Source: Opitutia bacterium
GTDB lineage: Bacteria; Verrucomicrobiota; Verrucomicrobiia; Opitutales; T3Sed10-336
Reading direction: 5' to 3'
Assembly (NCBI GenBank): GCA_050506795.1
Contig: JBJHCF010000022.1
Coordinates: 1 to 64,000, forward strand
DNA: 64,000 bases
In this document: in pieces, positions 1-9,986 of the stretch
How positions within the stretch are numbered: position 1 is the first letter of the stretch
Layout: each line of letters starts with the position of its first letter
Program-made: the position numbers and the translations under genes
The notes under the pieces: generated by a model
What the model saw: the letters and a program-made list of their open reading frames with translations, nothing else
Database searches by the model: none
Told to the model about the DNA's origin: nothing

Positions 1-241
1 CTCCCCAGTAGAGGGTTTGCTCGGCGGCCTGGAGGCGGCGGCGTTGATTCTGCGACCGGCAGAAGCAATCGGTTCGGGGCTGGCCGCCGGCGACCACACC
101 GCCGGCGGCATTTGTCAGCAGGAGTTCGAAACTGCTGGAGGTAGTGTATTCCCGCCGGAGGCGAGGAAAATCGATAGCCAAGAGACGCGGATGGATCTCC
201 GGGTCCGCCTTCCGGTCTCGCGGATGACAGTTGGGCACCAT
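1..241 (-). CDS. Partial CDS running off the left edge; probable PocR-like sensor domain regulator N-terminus
   Basis: Open frame from ATG at 241, not in the ORF track: MVPNCHPRDRK...DCFCRSQNQRRRLQAAEQTLYWGE. The C...R..A..Q...GE pattern resembles PocR domains. Divergent from the AraC gene. Confidence 0.45.
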   Translation of the reverse strand, partial: MVPNCHPRDRKADPEIHPRLLAIDFPRLRREYTTSSSFELLLTNAAGGVVAGGQPRTDCFCRSQNQRRRLQAAEQTLYWG

Positions 242-324
242 TGTGATTAAATGGTAACATGGTAACGGAGAATAGCCGGCGAGTCTTCTCGCTTCTTCAG
301 AGAAACATTGCATAATTTGCACAA

Positions 325-1215
325 ATGCTGGAGAATCTGAAAATCGGGCCCGAATACGATGGATTCGCATTTTTGTCCGAGTCGGTGCGCAATCCGCCGG
401 TCTTGGCGCCACATCGTCATGTGGAGCTCGAGTTGAACCTGGTGGTGTCGGGGGAGATCACCTACGTTTACAACGGGCGCCGCTACCGCTTTCCCCGCCG
501 GTCGCTATTGTGGTTTTTCCCGTCGCAGGTGCATCAGTTGGTCGATCGAACTCCGGACGCGGCGAATTACGTATTGGTGTTCAAGCCGGAGCTTTTGCGG
601 TCCGCTTGCCGGACTCCCCGGTATGCGCCGTTGAAGGCCGAACGGTTTGTGGACGAGGGGGTCCTGCACACCGAGTTGGAGCCGGATGTCTATGAAAGCC
701 TGCGGGCATCGATGGATGCGCTGGTGCGGGACGGGCTCGATCCGGATGTCCTGAACCGGGAAGCCGGTTTCGGGCTGAGCGATGATTTTACTTTTCAACA
801 TCACGATCCGGATTACTTGAACGCCGGGTTGCGGCATCTCCTGCTGACCTGCTGGCGTTTGCAGCGGGAACGGTCGGGAAGCGGACGCGAAGTCGCGTTG
901 CATCCGGCGGTGGGCCGGGCGTTGGAGTTGTTGAGCGAGGAATCCGGAGCCGGGGACCTTGATACTCTGGCCCGGGCATGTGGCGTGAGTACGGCCTATT
1001 TGAGCCGCACCTTCCGGCGGCAGGTGGGGGTTACTCTCAGCCGCTACCGGAATTCGCTCAAGTTGGGGCGGTTTTGGTCGGCATACCGGAAGTCATCGAC
1101 GATAACGGTGCTGGAGGCGGCTTTGGCGGCGGGATTCGGCAGTTACGCGCAGTTCTACCGTGTTTTTACAGCCGCCTATGGAGAGAGTCCGCGGGATTCG
1201 ATCCGAAAATTTTGA
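325..1215 (+). CDS. AraC family transcriptional regulator (cupin + HTH)
   Basis: N-terminal HRHVELELNLV cupin; C-terminal LARACGVSTAYLSRTF...AGFGSYAQFYRVF. Confidence 0.93.
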   Translation: MLENLKIGPEYDGFAFLSESVRNPPVLAPHRHVELELNLVVSGEITYVYNGRRYRFPRRSLLWFFPSQVHQLVDRTPDAANYVLVFKPELLRSACRTPRYAPLKAERFVDEGVLHTELEPDVYESLRASMDALVRDGLDPDVLNREAGFGLSDDFTFQHHDPDYLNAGLRHLLLTCWRLQRERSGSGREVALHPAVGRALELLSEESGAGDLDTLARACGVSTAYLSRTFRRQVGVTLSRYRNSLKLGRFWSAYRKSSTITVLEAALAAGFGSYAQFYRVFTAAYGESPRDSIRKF

Positions 1216-1487
1216 AACACGGTCGCTACGAAACCTTTGCGTTTGTATCGAAGGCTGCCGTCGGGGCTGGCGGGGGCGTTGTTCCAGGTGATTTCGGATT
1301 CCCCCCAGGCCTCGCCCAGTTTGCGGTTGCCGGGCGTCGATCCCGGATTGAGGGCGTAGAGCCGGAACACCAGGCCGTGGTCGAGATCGGCCGAATCCCA
1401 CGTGAGATCGGGGACGTCGCCCGCAAGCGCGGAAGGAGACCCGCTCAAAGCGAGGATCGCCGTAAGGATCAGGTGTTTGGTGCGCAT
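1176..1487 (-). pseudogene. Truncated secreted protein: signal peptide joined to a DNRLRE/CBM96-like fragment
   Basis: Signal peptide MRTKHLILTAILALSGSPSALAG, then WGESEITWNNAP. Only 103 aa, and it overlaps the convergent AraC gene by 40 nt. Confidence 0.5.
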
Positions 1488-1524
1488 GACAGTAGGATGG
1501 ATTCTTCTTTCCCGGTCGCGTCGA

Positions 1525-1971
1525 TCACGCGCGTGAAGGATCGTTCATCGATTGATTCCAGACAGCTACCTCGGCTTTCGAACGGCCTTTGTTGATAGCT
1601 GCGGGTTCCCGAGGTTCGATTTCAAAGAGCAGAACTTCGCCGGGGTGGAGATCAAAGGGCAAACGGATTTCGCCATCCTCGGCGGACGCCTGGATCAGAT
1701 CGACGGCGGGTTGACTGTGGGCGCGAATCAGCCGCTCGGTCGTCGGCGTGAGATTTTGCGGACGTCCCAGCCGGACCCAGGTTTCGAACGCACTGCCTTT
1801 GCCTGGAGAGATCCGGCTGGCGACGATGATTGGCGATTCGGTGCCGTTCCAGGGAATGGCCGCCTCGTCTTTCCAACGGCCGCCGGTTTCGACCTGGCGC
1901 CTTGGACCGGTCAGTCGGCTGAGGAATTCGAAGGCGTGAAAGTGCGCTTTCGGATGTCCTTGGGATAACTG
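1525..1971 (-). pseudogene. C-terminal remnant of a GH39 beta-xylosidase-like glycosidase
   Basis: Start-less open frame, not in the ORF track: HPKAHFHAFEFLSRL...GSAFETWVRLGRPQNLTP...LPFDLHPGEVLLFEIEP*. It matches the GH39 C-terminal motifs KPxFHxFxFL and WxxMGRP. The catalytic domain is absent. Confidence 0.65.
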
Positions 1972-2029
1972 TTACCGATGTCTTTGGGTTGTACCGTCGA
2001 ATACAGGTCGAATCTTTAAGATTGTGATA

Positions 2030-4045
2030 TCATGGTGAATTCTCAACCCGGATGTTTTCGGAATTCGATGTCGAAACCGCCGCAGGAAGCACCTCACCTG
2101 ATGGCCGTTCGGCGAGATTATCCCTGACAACCACATTGCGCGTCCAATCGAACTGAATCTCAGGCCGTGGAGTGTCAACGAAGCGGTTCCCCTCAATAAG
2201 AAGGTTGCGAGGTCCGATCGTGGTGGCTCCTGTACCATGCCCGTTGAAGATGAACGAAAGTGGCGGCACTCCGGCCACGTGATCGAAAGAGGAGTCCTCA
2301 ATGTGGTTATTGCGGATAATGATTTCCGAGGCATAAAGGCCGTTTGGCCATTGGGTTCCGTTAATGAAACAAATCGCGCGCGAGGACGTGCCTGAAAAAT
2401 GGTTATCTTGAGCAACACCTCCCTTGGAACGGAACACAAATCCGTAACGCCTGATATCGTGAAATTGCGAATTGCGAACCATGAAATCTCCGCACGACTT
2501 GGATCGGTTCCATATCTGGGTGCGATTCAGCAAATGCCCTTCGGTAATGACGTTCTCGGGAACATCGTCAATGAAGGTCACGTCATAGCCGCCATCGCTG
2601 CGCGCCTCCACAGATTCGACCCGGGTCTCGAGGAGGATTGCGCCCTGCGTCGGCTCGAAGAACGCGACCTCATTGCCGGCCTCGAGGTTGAAAAATTGGG
2701 CGGGACTGACAATGGCCCGGGCGTTGCCATTGGGCCGAGCCTCGCCGATCACGGCGGGGCGAGCGTAAAAGGCGATTCCGTCATCCGCAATGGCCCGAAT
2801 CGTCAGATTCTCGATCCAGGGACCGACCTCGTGGCCGCGAACATGAACGCCGTCTGCATTCCCGGTCATCCAGTCTTCATCCCTGGAGAAAACCGATTCA
2901 CAGTGCAGAATGTTAAACAGCGTGCCTTCCTTCGATGAGAAAAGCATCTCACCCCAACCGTCCATGGTGAGGTCGTATGCCGTGATTCCCCGTCCATTCG
3001 GAAATTCAACAAGAACTCTTGATCCGGATCTGAAATTATATCCGAAACGATCGCCTTCCTCCCAGTGGTTCACCTCATGGCTCGCGACCTCAAATGACCA
3101 GGTGCCGTCGGCATTCCGCTCAAAATCGGACGCCCGCATGAAATTGGGTGCCTTGTTTTTGAGACGTCCCCGATGCCCTGGCTGGAGGAGATAAAAGATA
3201 TCCTGATTCAGGTTGTCCGAGGCGTCGAATCCGGGATATCCGGATTTTATTGAAACGGTAACACGGCCGGTGGTCTCATCGGCGCCAAGGACGCGGCCCT
3301 GAACGCGCAAGGCCCCCTTGGCGAATTCGCTGTAAAATCCCATTACGACAATATTCTTCGAGTCTTCCGCGTGAATAATACCCTGCTTGCGCGATGTGAA
3401 AAACAAACTGGTGCCGGTACCGTCGACAATGATGTTTTCAGCCTCCCGCCAATCAATGAGGGCTCCTTCAAAGGATTCAGGAATCCGGTAATCCCCGGGA
3501 GCGAAGCGAAGTCTGACCGTCCGGCCCTGTTGCGACAGATCGAGAGCCCTGGCGGCCGCATTTTGGATTGCCTCTGTATGGTCTGCCGCGTCTTCCGCAT
3601 TAACCGTAACAGTTTCGTCAACATCGGTTACAGTAAAAGCCCGGATTTCACTCCAGTCCGACGGCGATTCCATGTAGGGCACAGCGCGAACTTGCCAGTA
3701 ATAGGTTCCCGGAGTTAGCGGCCTATCATACACATAACGCGCCAAAGGAATCGAATCCTCGTCCAGAATGGTTTCGAATGAGGGGGTTGTAGCGATTTGG
3801 ATTTCATAGCTCACCGGAGCACCAACGTCCTGCCAGGATTCCGGATGTTTCGTCCAGGAGAAGTTTGGGAACGGATATGCCGTTCGTTGCTCGTGAGCGG
3901 GTGTTAACGGCGTGGGCACGGTATCGGGGTGATCTACTTCCGCGGCCGCATGATGGCAGAAGCTGCCGAGGCTAAAAAGGAGGGCGCTAGTGCAAACGAG
4001 GCGTCTTGAAAGCAGTTTGACGGTTGGAATTGGGTCTGGATGCAT
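2030..4045 (-). CDS. Secreted right-handed parallel beta-helix protein, GH110-like, with an N-terminal Ig/Fn3-like domain
   Basis: Signal peptide; NADGVH...IADDGI acidic motifs; repeated I.I.NN.F beta-helix rungs. Confidence 0.75.
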   Translation of the reverse strand: MHPDPIPTVKLLSRRLVCTSALLFSLGSFCHHAAAEVDHPDTVPTPLTPAHEQRTAYPFPNFSWTKHPESWQDVGAPVSYEIQIATTPSFETILDEDSIPLARYVYDRPLTPGTYYWQVRAVPYMESPSDWSEIRAFTVTDVDETVTVNAEDAADHTEAIQNAAARALDLSQQGRTVRLRFAPGDYRIPESFEGALIDWREAENIIVDGTGTSLFFTSRKQGIIHAEDSKNIVVMGFYSEFAKGALRVQGRVLGADETTGRVTVSIKSGYPGFDASDNLNQDIFYLLQPGHRGRLKNKAPNFMRASDFERNADGTWSFEVASHEVNHWEEGDRFGYNFRSGSRVLVEFPNGRGITAYDLTMDGWGEMLFSSKEGTLFNILHCESVFSRDEDWMTGNADGVHVRGHEVGPWIENLTIRAIADDGIAFYARPAVIGEARPNGNARAIVSPAQFFNLEAGNEVAFFEPTQGAILLETRVESVEARSDGGYDVTFIDDVPENVITEGHLLNRTQIWNRSKSCGDFMVRNSQFHDIRRYGFVFRSKGGVAQDNHFSGTSSRAICFINGTQWPNGLYASEIIIRNNHIEDSSFDHVAGVPPLSFIFNGHGTGATTIGPRNLLIEGNRFVDTPRPEIQFDWTRNVVVRDNLAERPSGEVLPAAVSTSNSENIRVENSP

Positions 4046-4127
4046 GTTTGGATTAGTTTTTGTTCTGGATTTCGAAGAACTAGACCTTTCAAAGGTACCA
4101 ATCTAGTGTTTTGGGTGCTATCGACAA

Positions 4128-4685
4128 ATGCGGATTATTTTTTTGAATTTGCGACGTCACCCACAATCAAGACGAAGTCTCAGACTAGCTTCCCGTTGGG
4201 TGAGCGCTCGTGGTAATCGGGAGCCTCATTGGCTGGAGGTTGAATTGGATGCGCGGACCGAAATCGCTTCAGTTCATATTTACACCGGGTGGGGTTCGGG
4301 GGATTTCAAGATCGAGAGTCGGCATTACGTCTGCAATGTGATCGAGCCCCGCCGACTTTCATATGCGTGGCGTGGTAATCATCACTTTGCCTTCGAAGCC
4401 CAGACTCTGGTGGCGCAATACCTATCGAATCCCAGCGCCTATGATCGAATGCCGCGGAAAATCGATTACGTTGGCCCGGATGAGCGCAATGTTTGGGGAG
4501 CGTTCGTGCATTACTCGGAGGACGCATGGGATGAAGGCGACTGGAAAAACAGCGGAGGCGGGACCCCGTTTTTCAGCATTCGCGCCGACTCCGACGGCAG
4601 TTTTCAGGTTCACAATGGAGCCTTTGGAAGCTCTATCCGGTCCTCTGTTGTAGCTTTCCGGTCTGCTCGGGGGACACCGACCTGA
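4128..4685 (+). pseudogene. Mosaic remnant: discoidin (F5/8-C) fragment fused to other carbohydrate-enzyme-like fragments
   Basis: SRWVS...PHWLEVEL...VHIYTG is half a discoidin domain and is abruptly followed by unrelated segments. No signal peptide and no complete domain. Confidence 0.5.
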
Positions 4686-4742
4686 CTCCGATTGCGGCGG
4701 CTGAAGGCCGCCTCAGGGCAGCAGGCCCGCCTCGTCCGGGTG

Positions 4743-4772
4743 CCAGGGATCGCTGGCGTCTCCCCGGCGCGG
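4743..4772. repeat. REP-like palindromic extragenic element
   Basis: ccagggatcgctggcgtctccccggcgcgg, an imperfect GC-rich palindrome resembling PVC-type REP elements. Confidence 0.35.
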
Positions 4773-4780
4773 AAACTTGG

Positions 4781-4870
4781 CGTCGATGTGATGTTCCGGC
4801 TCAAGAGGCAATCCCGCCAGTTCCAGCAGCGTCGGGTAAAAGTCGGTGTTCATGGTCACCAGGTCCGTTG
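4781..4870 (-). pseudogene. Sulfatase fragment
   Basis: TDLVTMNTDFYPTLLELAGLPLEPEHHID matches the conserved sulfatase DxxPTLLELAG segment, with no catalytic N-terminus. Confidence 0.6.
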
Positions 4871-4956
4871 ACTTCAGCAGCCGGTTTGCCGATTCCAACA
4901 GTCGACTATTTGAGGACGATTGAGCTACTCTTTTTTGTCCACCCAAGAGAATCTAC

Positions 4957-6696
4957 TTGAATCCGTTTCCAATGACTATGCCTTCTTTATCCATTCCATA
5001 CGGCCGCATCGCCTCTTTTTTCGGCGCATTGCTGGCGGTAACGGTTTTAGCCACAGCTGAAACAGAAACGAGGTTGCTTCTTGATGCGCGGGAATTCGGT
5101 CTTCAAGGAGACGGTCTGACCGATGACGGGCCGGCAATCCGCCGGATGCTTGATCGGGCGGAGTCCGCGGGTAAGCCGGTCACTGTGAAGTTTCCGGCGA
5201 ATAGCCGGATCCGGGTCGCAACGGGAACCGAACGGTATGCCTTCCGAATCGACTCGATGAAGGATCTCTTGATCGATGGTGGTTTTTCAACCTTCCTGGT
5301 GGATGACGACCTTCGCTTTCTGCATGTGACGCGGTCGGAGAACTTTGCGATCGCGCGGTTGAATGTCGATGTTACAACTTCACCCGTAGCGGAGGGGGTG
5401 ATTCTGGGAGTGAAGGATGGGGGTAGGTCGTTGCGGGTGCGCTTGGATGAGCCTGATCAGGCTAAATCTCTTGGTGGCCCGACCCGAAGGGACGGAGAGC
5501 AGGCGTTCTTCGGGATGATTTGGATTCCCTCGGCTTATGCCGAGGAAACCGAGCACTACTACGTCGAATCGGTTCGACCCGTGGATGGAGCAGAATTCGG
5601 AGAAGGCGTTGTCGAGGTTCGAGGCCCAAACCGCATTCCGGTCCGTGTGCTTGATCGATTGTCACCGGGAGACACCCGAATCAGCCTTCCGGTTCCCGGG
5701 GTGGCGCATCGTCATGGACCCGGGGCAATGGTCGTTATTGACCGGTGCGATAATGTTCTCGTTGAAGATGTTGAGATTTGGGCCGCTTCCTGGTTTGCTT
5801 ACCAGATCTTCCGCAACGACGGCGACCTGGTTTTTCGGCGGGCGCACATCCGTCCGGAGCCTAATGGTGGCAAGGTGACATCGAGTTGGCGGGACGGCTT
5901 TCACGTCAAAGGCAACCGGGGCAACCTGCTCTTTGAGGACTGCATTTTGGAAGGGATGAACGACGATGCGTTCAACATTTCCACTCACCAGTGGGAGGTG
6001 ACCGAGGTTCTGGCGCCGGATCGAGTGCGGATTCGCCAGGTTTTTCCGATTCAATTTATGCCCGTGCAGGAGGGAGGCGATGTCCTCATTCTTTCCGCCG
6101 ATGGCACTCGGCGGCTTGAGTCGGCCCGAATCGATTCGGTCATCGGCGACTACGACAATAATGATTACCCTTATTACCCAAACACTTTCGAGTCTCCTCG
6201 TGCTCCGATGTTGGAAATCGTCTTGGATCGCGCTGTGGCGGGGTTGGATGTTGGAAATTTGCTCTGGGATCGGACGACCTCAAACCCTCGAACGATCATC
6301 CGCGGGTGTGTCATTCGAAACAGTTGTCGATTTCAATCCGGCAACCTGACTGTCGAAGATTGTGACGTTTATGCGTTACTCTGGTTCTACAGCGCACCCG
6401 TGGAAGGACCGGTGCCGGAGAACGTGGAAGTCATTGATTCAGTTCTTCGTCAGGGACGAGGCAATCCGGAAATAGCCGTTAGTTTTTTTGGATGGCAATC
6501 GAACGGTGCTCCGCAGGAACTCCCTCCTCCCGAAGAGTTTCCGATGAGAAACCTGCGGATCGAGAACAACACCATTTACGGAGATCTCCGAATCAACGGA
6601 GCGGCCGGCGTCACCTTGGTCAACAACCGCTTTGCCGATTCCAACAGTCGGCTCATCATCGAGAACAGCCTTGATGTGGAGAACGGAGGGGAATAG
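4957..6696 (+). CDS. Secreted right-handed parallel beta-helix protein, GH110-like (start possibly 4972 or 4978)
   Basis: Signal peptide; FGLQGDGLTDDGPAI pectate-lyase-3-type start; RDGFH...GMNDDAFN motif. Confidence 0.8.
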   Translation: MNPFPMTMPSLSIPYGRIASFFGALLAVTVLATAETETRLLLDAREFGLQGDGLTDDGPAIRRMLDRAESAGKPVTVKFPANSRIRVATGTERYAFRIDSMKDLLIDGGFSTFLVDDDLRFLHVTRSENFAIARLNVDVTTSPVAEGVILGVKDGGRSLRVRLDEPDQAKSLGGPTRRDGEQAFFGMIWIPSAYAEETEHYYVESVRPVDGAEFGEGVVEVRGPNRIPVRVLDRLSPGDTRISLPVPGVAHRHGPGAMVVIDRCDNVLVEDVEIWAASWFAYQIFRNDGDLVFRRAHIRPEPNGGKVTSSWRDGFHVKGNRGNLLFEDCILEGMNDDAFNISTHQWEVTEVLAPDRVRIRQVFPIQFMPVQEGGDVLILSADGTRRLESARIDSVIGDYDNNDYPYYPNTFESPRAPMLEIVLDRAVAGLDVGNLLWDRTTSNPRTIIRGCVIRNSCRFQSGNLTVEDCDVYALLWFYSAPVEGPVPENVEVIDSVLRQGRGNPEIAVSFFGWQSNGAPQELPPPEEFPMRNLRIENNTIYGDLRINGAAGVTLVNNRFADSNSRLIIENSLDVENGGE

Positions 6697-6786
6697 GATC
6701 GGGTTTCCAGGTTCCAGGAGAGGATGCGAAGGGGCTGCCGAGGATGATTTATGTTTGAACACGACAACACTGAAATTAAAAAAACC

Positions 6787-7749
6787 ATGAGGACGATACC
6801 TTTTTTGGCGGTTACCTTGTTCTTTGTGGCTCCGCTTTTCGGAACCGAAAGTCAAACCGTTGGCGCGAAAATGGAAGAGGATCGGATTGTCGTTCAGGTG
6901 AGTGACGAACTATTCACCACTTATCTTTTTGGACGAGAACACAAATACCCCTTCTTTTATCCGGTCACTGGTCCAGCGAGCGGCAAGTCGGAAACCGCCT
7001 GGGATCAGGAGCCGTATCCGCATCACAGTTCGCTCTACGTCAGTCTCGATCACGTGCGCAGTGAGAATGTGAATCGCGGCAACTATTGGCAACCGCGGCA
7101 TGAACTGGCCACCGGCCAGGTGTTTTCAAGGAAGGCACGAATTCTGGAGGCTGACGGCAGGAGAGTGGTTCTGGCAGACGAGGCCGACTGGATCGTGCCC
7201 GCCACGGACAGCCATCAGCTTCGCGACACCCGCACGGTGACGATATGGGCTCCCTCAGCCGAAGTCCGTATCATGGATTTCGAGATCGAACTTGAGGCAA
7301 TGAAAGATATCGAAATCGGTCAGACCGGCCACTCCTTTTTTAGCGCCCGGATGCGTCCGGAGATCGCGGTCGGCAATCAGGACGGCAGCACGCAGGGGCC
7401 CGGGGAGGTGTTGGATATGGGCACGGGAACCATCGTCGATTCGGACGGGAACCGCAACGAGACCGGGATTCGGGAGAAAAATTCGGACTGGGCCGCGTAC
7501 TACGGTGACAACAACGGGGCTGTCGAAGGGCTGGCGATTATCCAGCATTCCGGCAACCCGTTCTATCCGGCCAAGTGGTTCATTCGAGATTATGGGTTCA
7601 TGTCACCGACCCCCTTTGCCTTTGACGGTACACGGGAGCTGAAACAGGGCGAAATCCTGACTTTCCGCTACCGGGTGGTGGTCTTCGAGGGCTATCCTGA
7701 AACGGCCGATATCGCCGGCTGGCGAGAGGACTTCGAAGCCGGAGAATAA
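6787..7749 (+). CDS. PmoA-like / DUF6807 family secreted protein
   Basis: KYPFFYPV.GP, HPHHSSL-type motif, W.IRDYGF...PF, LTFRYRVVV; signal peptide. Confidence 0.8.
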   Translation: MRTIPFLAVTLFFVAPLFGTESQTVGAKMEEDRIVVQVSDELFTTYLFGREHKYPFFYPVTGPASGKSETAWDQEPYPHHSSLYVSLDHVRSENVNRGNYWQPRHELATGQVFSRKARILEADGRRVVLADEADWIVPATDSHQLRDTRTVTIWAPSAEVRIMDFEIELEAMKDIEIGQTGHSFFSARMRPEIAVGNQDGSTQGPGEVLDMGTGTIVDSDGNRNETGIREKNSDWAAYYGDNNGAVEGLAIIQHSGNPFYPAKWFIRDYGFMSPTPFAFDGTRELKQGEILTFRYRVVVFEGYPETADIAGWREDFEAGE

Positions 7750-8062
7750 CTTTGAGACGATCATTATGACACAGGAAATCGAACTCAAACCGATTGTCCG
7801 TTACCTTTACTTGGTGGAGGATGCTCCAGTCGCTCGATCGTATGATCCCGTCTTGCGGGGTGGCCCCGAACCAGGAACCGATCTCTAACCGCAGACGAAG
7901 CGCAGCGTAGCTGGTGGAGCATTTCACAGATGCGCACAGATAGGGGCGAGGGGCCGGAATCATTGGGAGCGCGGGGATTCTGTCCGCCAGAAGTTCGTGC
8001 ATTTGGTGTCGTTCGTGGTCAAGGATGGATTTCCGTACGAAACGATAAAAACCGAATCTAAT

Positions 8063-9901
8063 ATGGGAAAACAACTGATCAGATGGATGGCCGGACTGAG
8101 CCTGATTGCGCTTCCGGCCGCGCCGGCTGACGTCTCGGCCGAGGGGCGCCCGAATATACTCTGGCTGGATGCCGAGGACGCCAACGTGAACTGGATCGGG
8201 AGTTACGGTAATCCCGCGGCCACCACGCCAAACATTGACCGTCTTGCCGAAGACGGATTCCGGTATTCTCACGCGTTTGCCAACGCGCCGGTTTGCAGTC
8301 CTTCGCGCAGCACGTGGGTTACCGGTATGCATGCGATTTCTACGGGAACTCACCCGATGCGCAGTCGGAATGTCATTCCCCATGCAACCATTCAATACTA
8401 TCCGGACAGCCTAAGGGCGGCCGGGTATCATTCCACCCAACCCGGGAAGACCGATTACAATATCGGCGGACGAGGAGACCGGGACGCATGGGATGACGGC
8501 GACTGGGCGAACAGGGAGGAAGGGCAACCGTTCTTTCATGTGGCGCACATTGGCGAAAGCCATGAAAGCCGGGCATTCGGCGACGTGACGAATAGTCGGC
8601 ACGATCCGGAGAAACAGCGGTTGCGAGCGTATCATCCGGATATTCCCGGGATTCGAAAAAATTACGCTCATTATGCGGATGCGGTGGAGGAGATGGATGG
8701 ACGAGTCGGGGAATGGCTCGATAGACTGGATGCGGAGGGGCTGACCGAGAATACCATTGTTATTTTCACGACCGACCACGGCGGCGTGATGCCGGCCAGC
8801 AAGCGCTTTCTTACCGATAGCGGCACGCACTCGCCATTTATTATCCGGATTCCGGAAAAATTCAAACACCTGTGGCCGGCGGAGGAGCCCGGGATGACGG
8901 TCGATCGCCTCGTTAGCTTTGTGGACATGCCCAAAACCTGGCTGAGTATCGCCGGCGCCGAAGTGCCGGAGACGATGCAGGGCCGGATTTTTCTGGGTTC
9001 GGAACAGGAACCTGAGCGTGAGTTCCATTTTGCTTTCAGGGGCCGAATGGATGAGCGGTTTGACCAGGTCCGGGCGGTCCGGGGGAAGAGATTTTTGTAT
9101 ATCAAAAACTACATGCCCTATGTGCCGCCGGGGCAGCGTCTCGAGTATCTATGGAGAATGACGGCCACTCAAGCATGGGAGCAGCACCACCGGGCGAATA
9201 AGACCGACGACATCACGGGCCGGTTTTTCCTCCCCCGGCAGCGAGTTGAGGAATTGTATGACACGGTGCGCGACCCCGATAACATTATTAATTTGGCCGA
9301 TCGGCCGGAACATCAGGCGGACCTGGAGACCATGCGCGCGGCGCTTCGCGGATGGCAGCTGGAAATACATGACGCCGGAATGTTGTCGGAGGAGGCGATG
9401 TTGAGACGGGCGGCGAGAAATGACATCACGATCTACGAAATGGTGCGCGATCCTGATTTATACGATCTGCCTGCTTACCTGGACGCGGCCGATGTTGCCC
9501 TCGCGAGGGACCCTCGGAACGTGGAGCTTTTGGTGGAGTTTCTCGAAAGTGACGACGCCGGTATCCGCTACTGGGGCACAGCCGGGTTGTTGATGTTGGA
9601 TCGCTTGAGTCGCGAGGGGGCGCGCGCGTTGAAGTCACGGCTTCAGGATGAGGCGCACGACGTTCGCGCGATGGCGGCATGGGGCTTGATCAAAGCCGGC
9701 GAAGAGAAGGATGCGGCGCGATCCTGCCTGATTGAGCTGTTGAAGAATCATTCCTACGCCACCCTGCTCGCGCTCAATGTGATCGACCTCACGAACGACG
9801 ATCTTTCCATATACCTGCCTGCCGTGCGTGCCGCGAAAGACGGTGAAGGTGGCTACGCGAACCGGATGAAAGTGTACCTTCTCGGCCGTGCGGGCGAGTG
9901 A
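8063..9901 (+). CDS. Sulfatase (S1) with C-terminal HEAT-like repeats
   Basis: RPNILW, CSPSR formylglycine motif, GKTDY, TDHG; C-terminal DAGIRYWG and DVRAMAAW repeats. Confidence 0.92.
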   Translation: MGKQLIRWMAGLSLIALPAAPADVSAEGRPNILWLDAEDANVNWIGSYGNPAATTPNIDRLAEDGFRYSHAFANAPVCSPSRSTWVTGMHAISTGTHPMRSRNVIPHATIQYYPDSLRAAGYHSTQPGKTDYNIGGRGDRDAWDDGDWANREEGQPFFHVAHIGESHESRAFGDVTNSRHDPEKQRLRAYHPDIPGIRKNYAHYADAVEEMDGRVGEWLDRLDAEGLTENTIVIFTTDHGGVMPASKRFLTDSGTHSPFIIRIPEKFKHLWPAEEPGMTVDRLVSFVDMPKTWLSIAGAEVPETMQGRIFLGSEQEPEREFHFAFRGRMDERFDQVRAVRGKRFLYIKNYMPYVPPGQRLEYLWRMTATQAWEQHHRANKTDDITGRFFLPRQRVEELYDTVRDPDNIINLADRPEHQADLETMRAALRGWQLEIHDAGMLSEEAMLRRAARNDITIYEMVRDPDLYDLPAYLDAADVALARDPRNVELLVEFLESDDAGIRYWGTAGLLMLDRLSREGARALKSRLQDEAHDVRAMAAWGLIKAGEEKDAARSCLIELLKNHSYATLLALNVIDLTNDDLSIYLPAVRAAKDGEGGYANRMKVYLLGRAGE

Positions 9902-9986
9902 GACAAGGATGAAAGCCTTTTGACACATTGGATTCAATCGATCAGGATGACTTCCGGACTCTAATCTTAATCCACAGGAATCGTTC

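Noticed and set aside
1552..1968. 138-aa + strand ORF
   Set aside because: The opposite strand carries recognisable GH39 motifs; this is its shadow.
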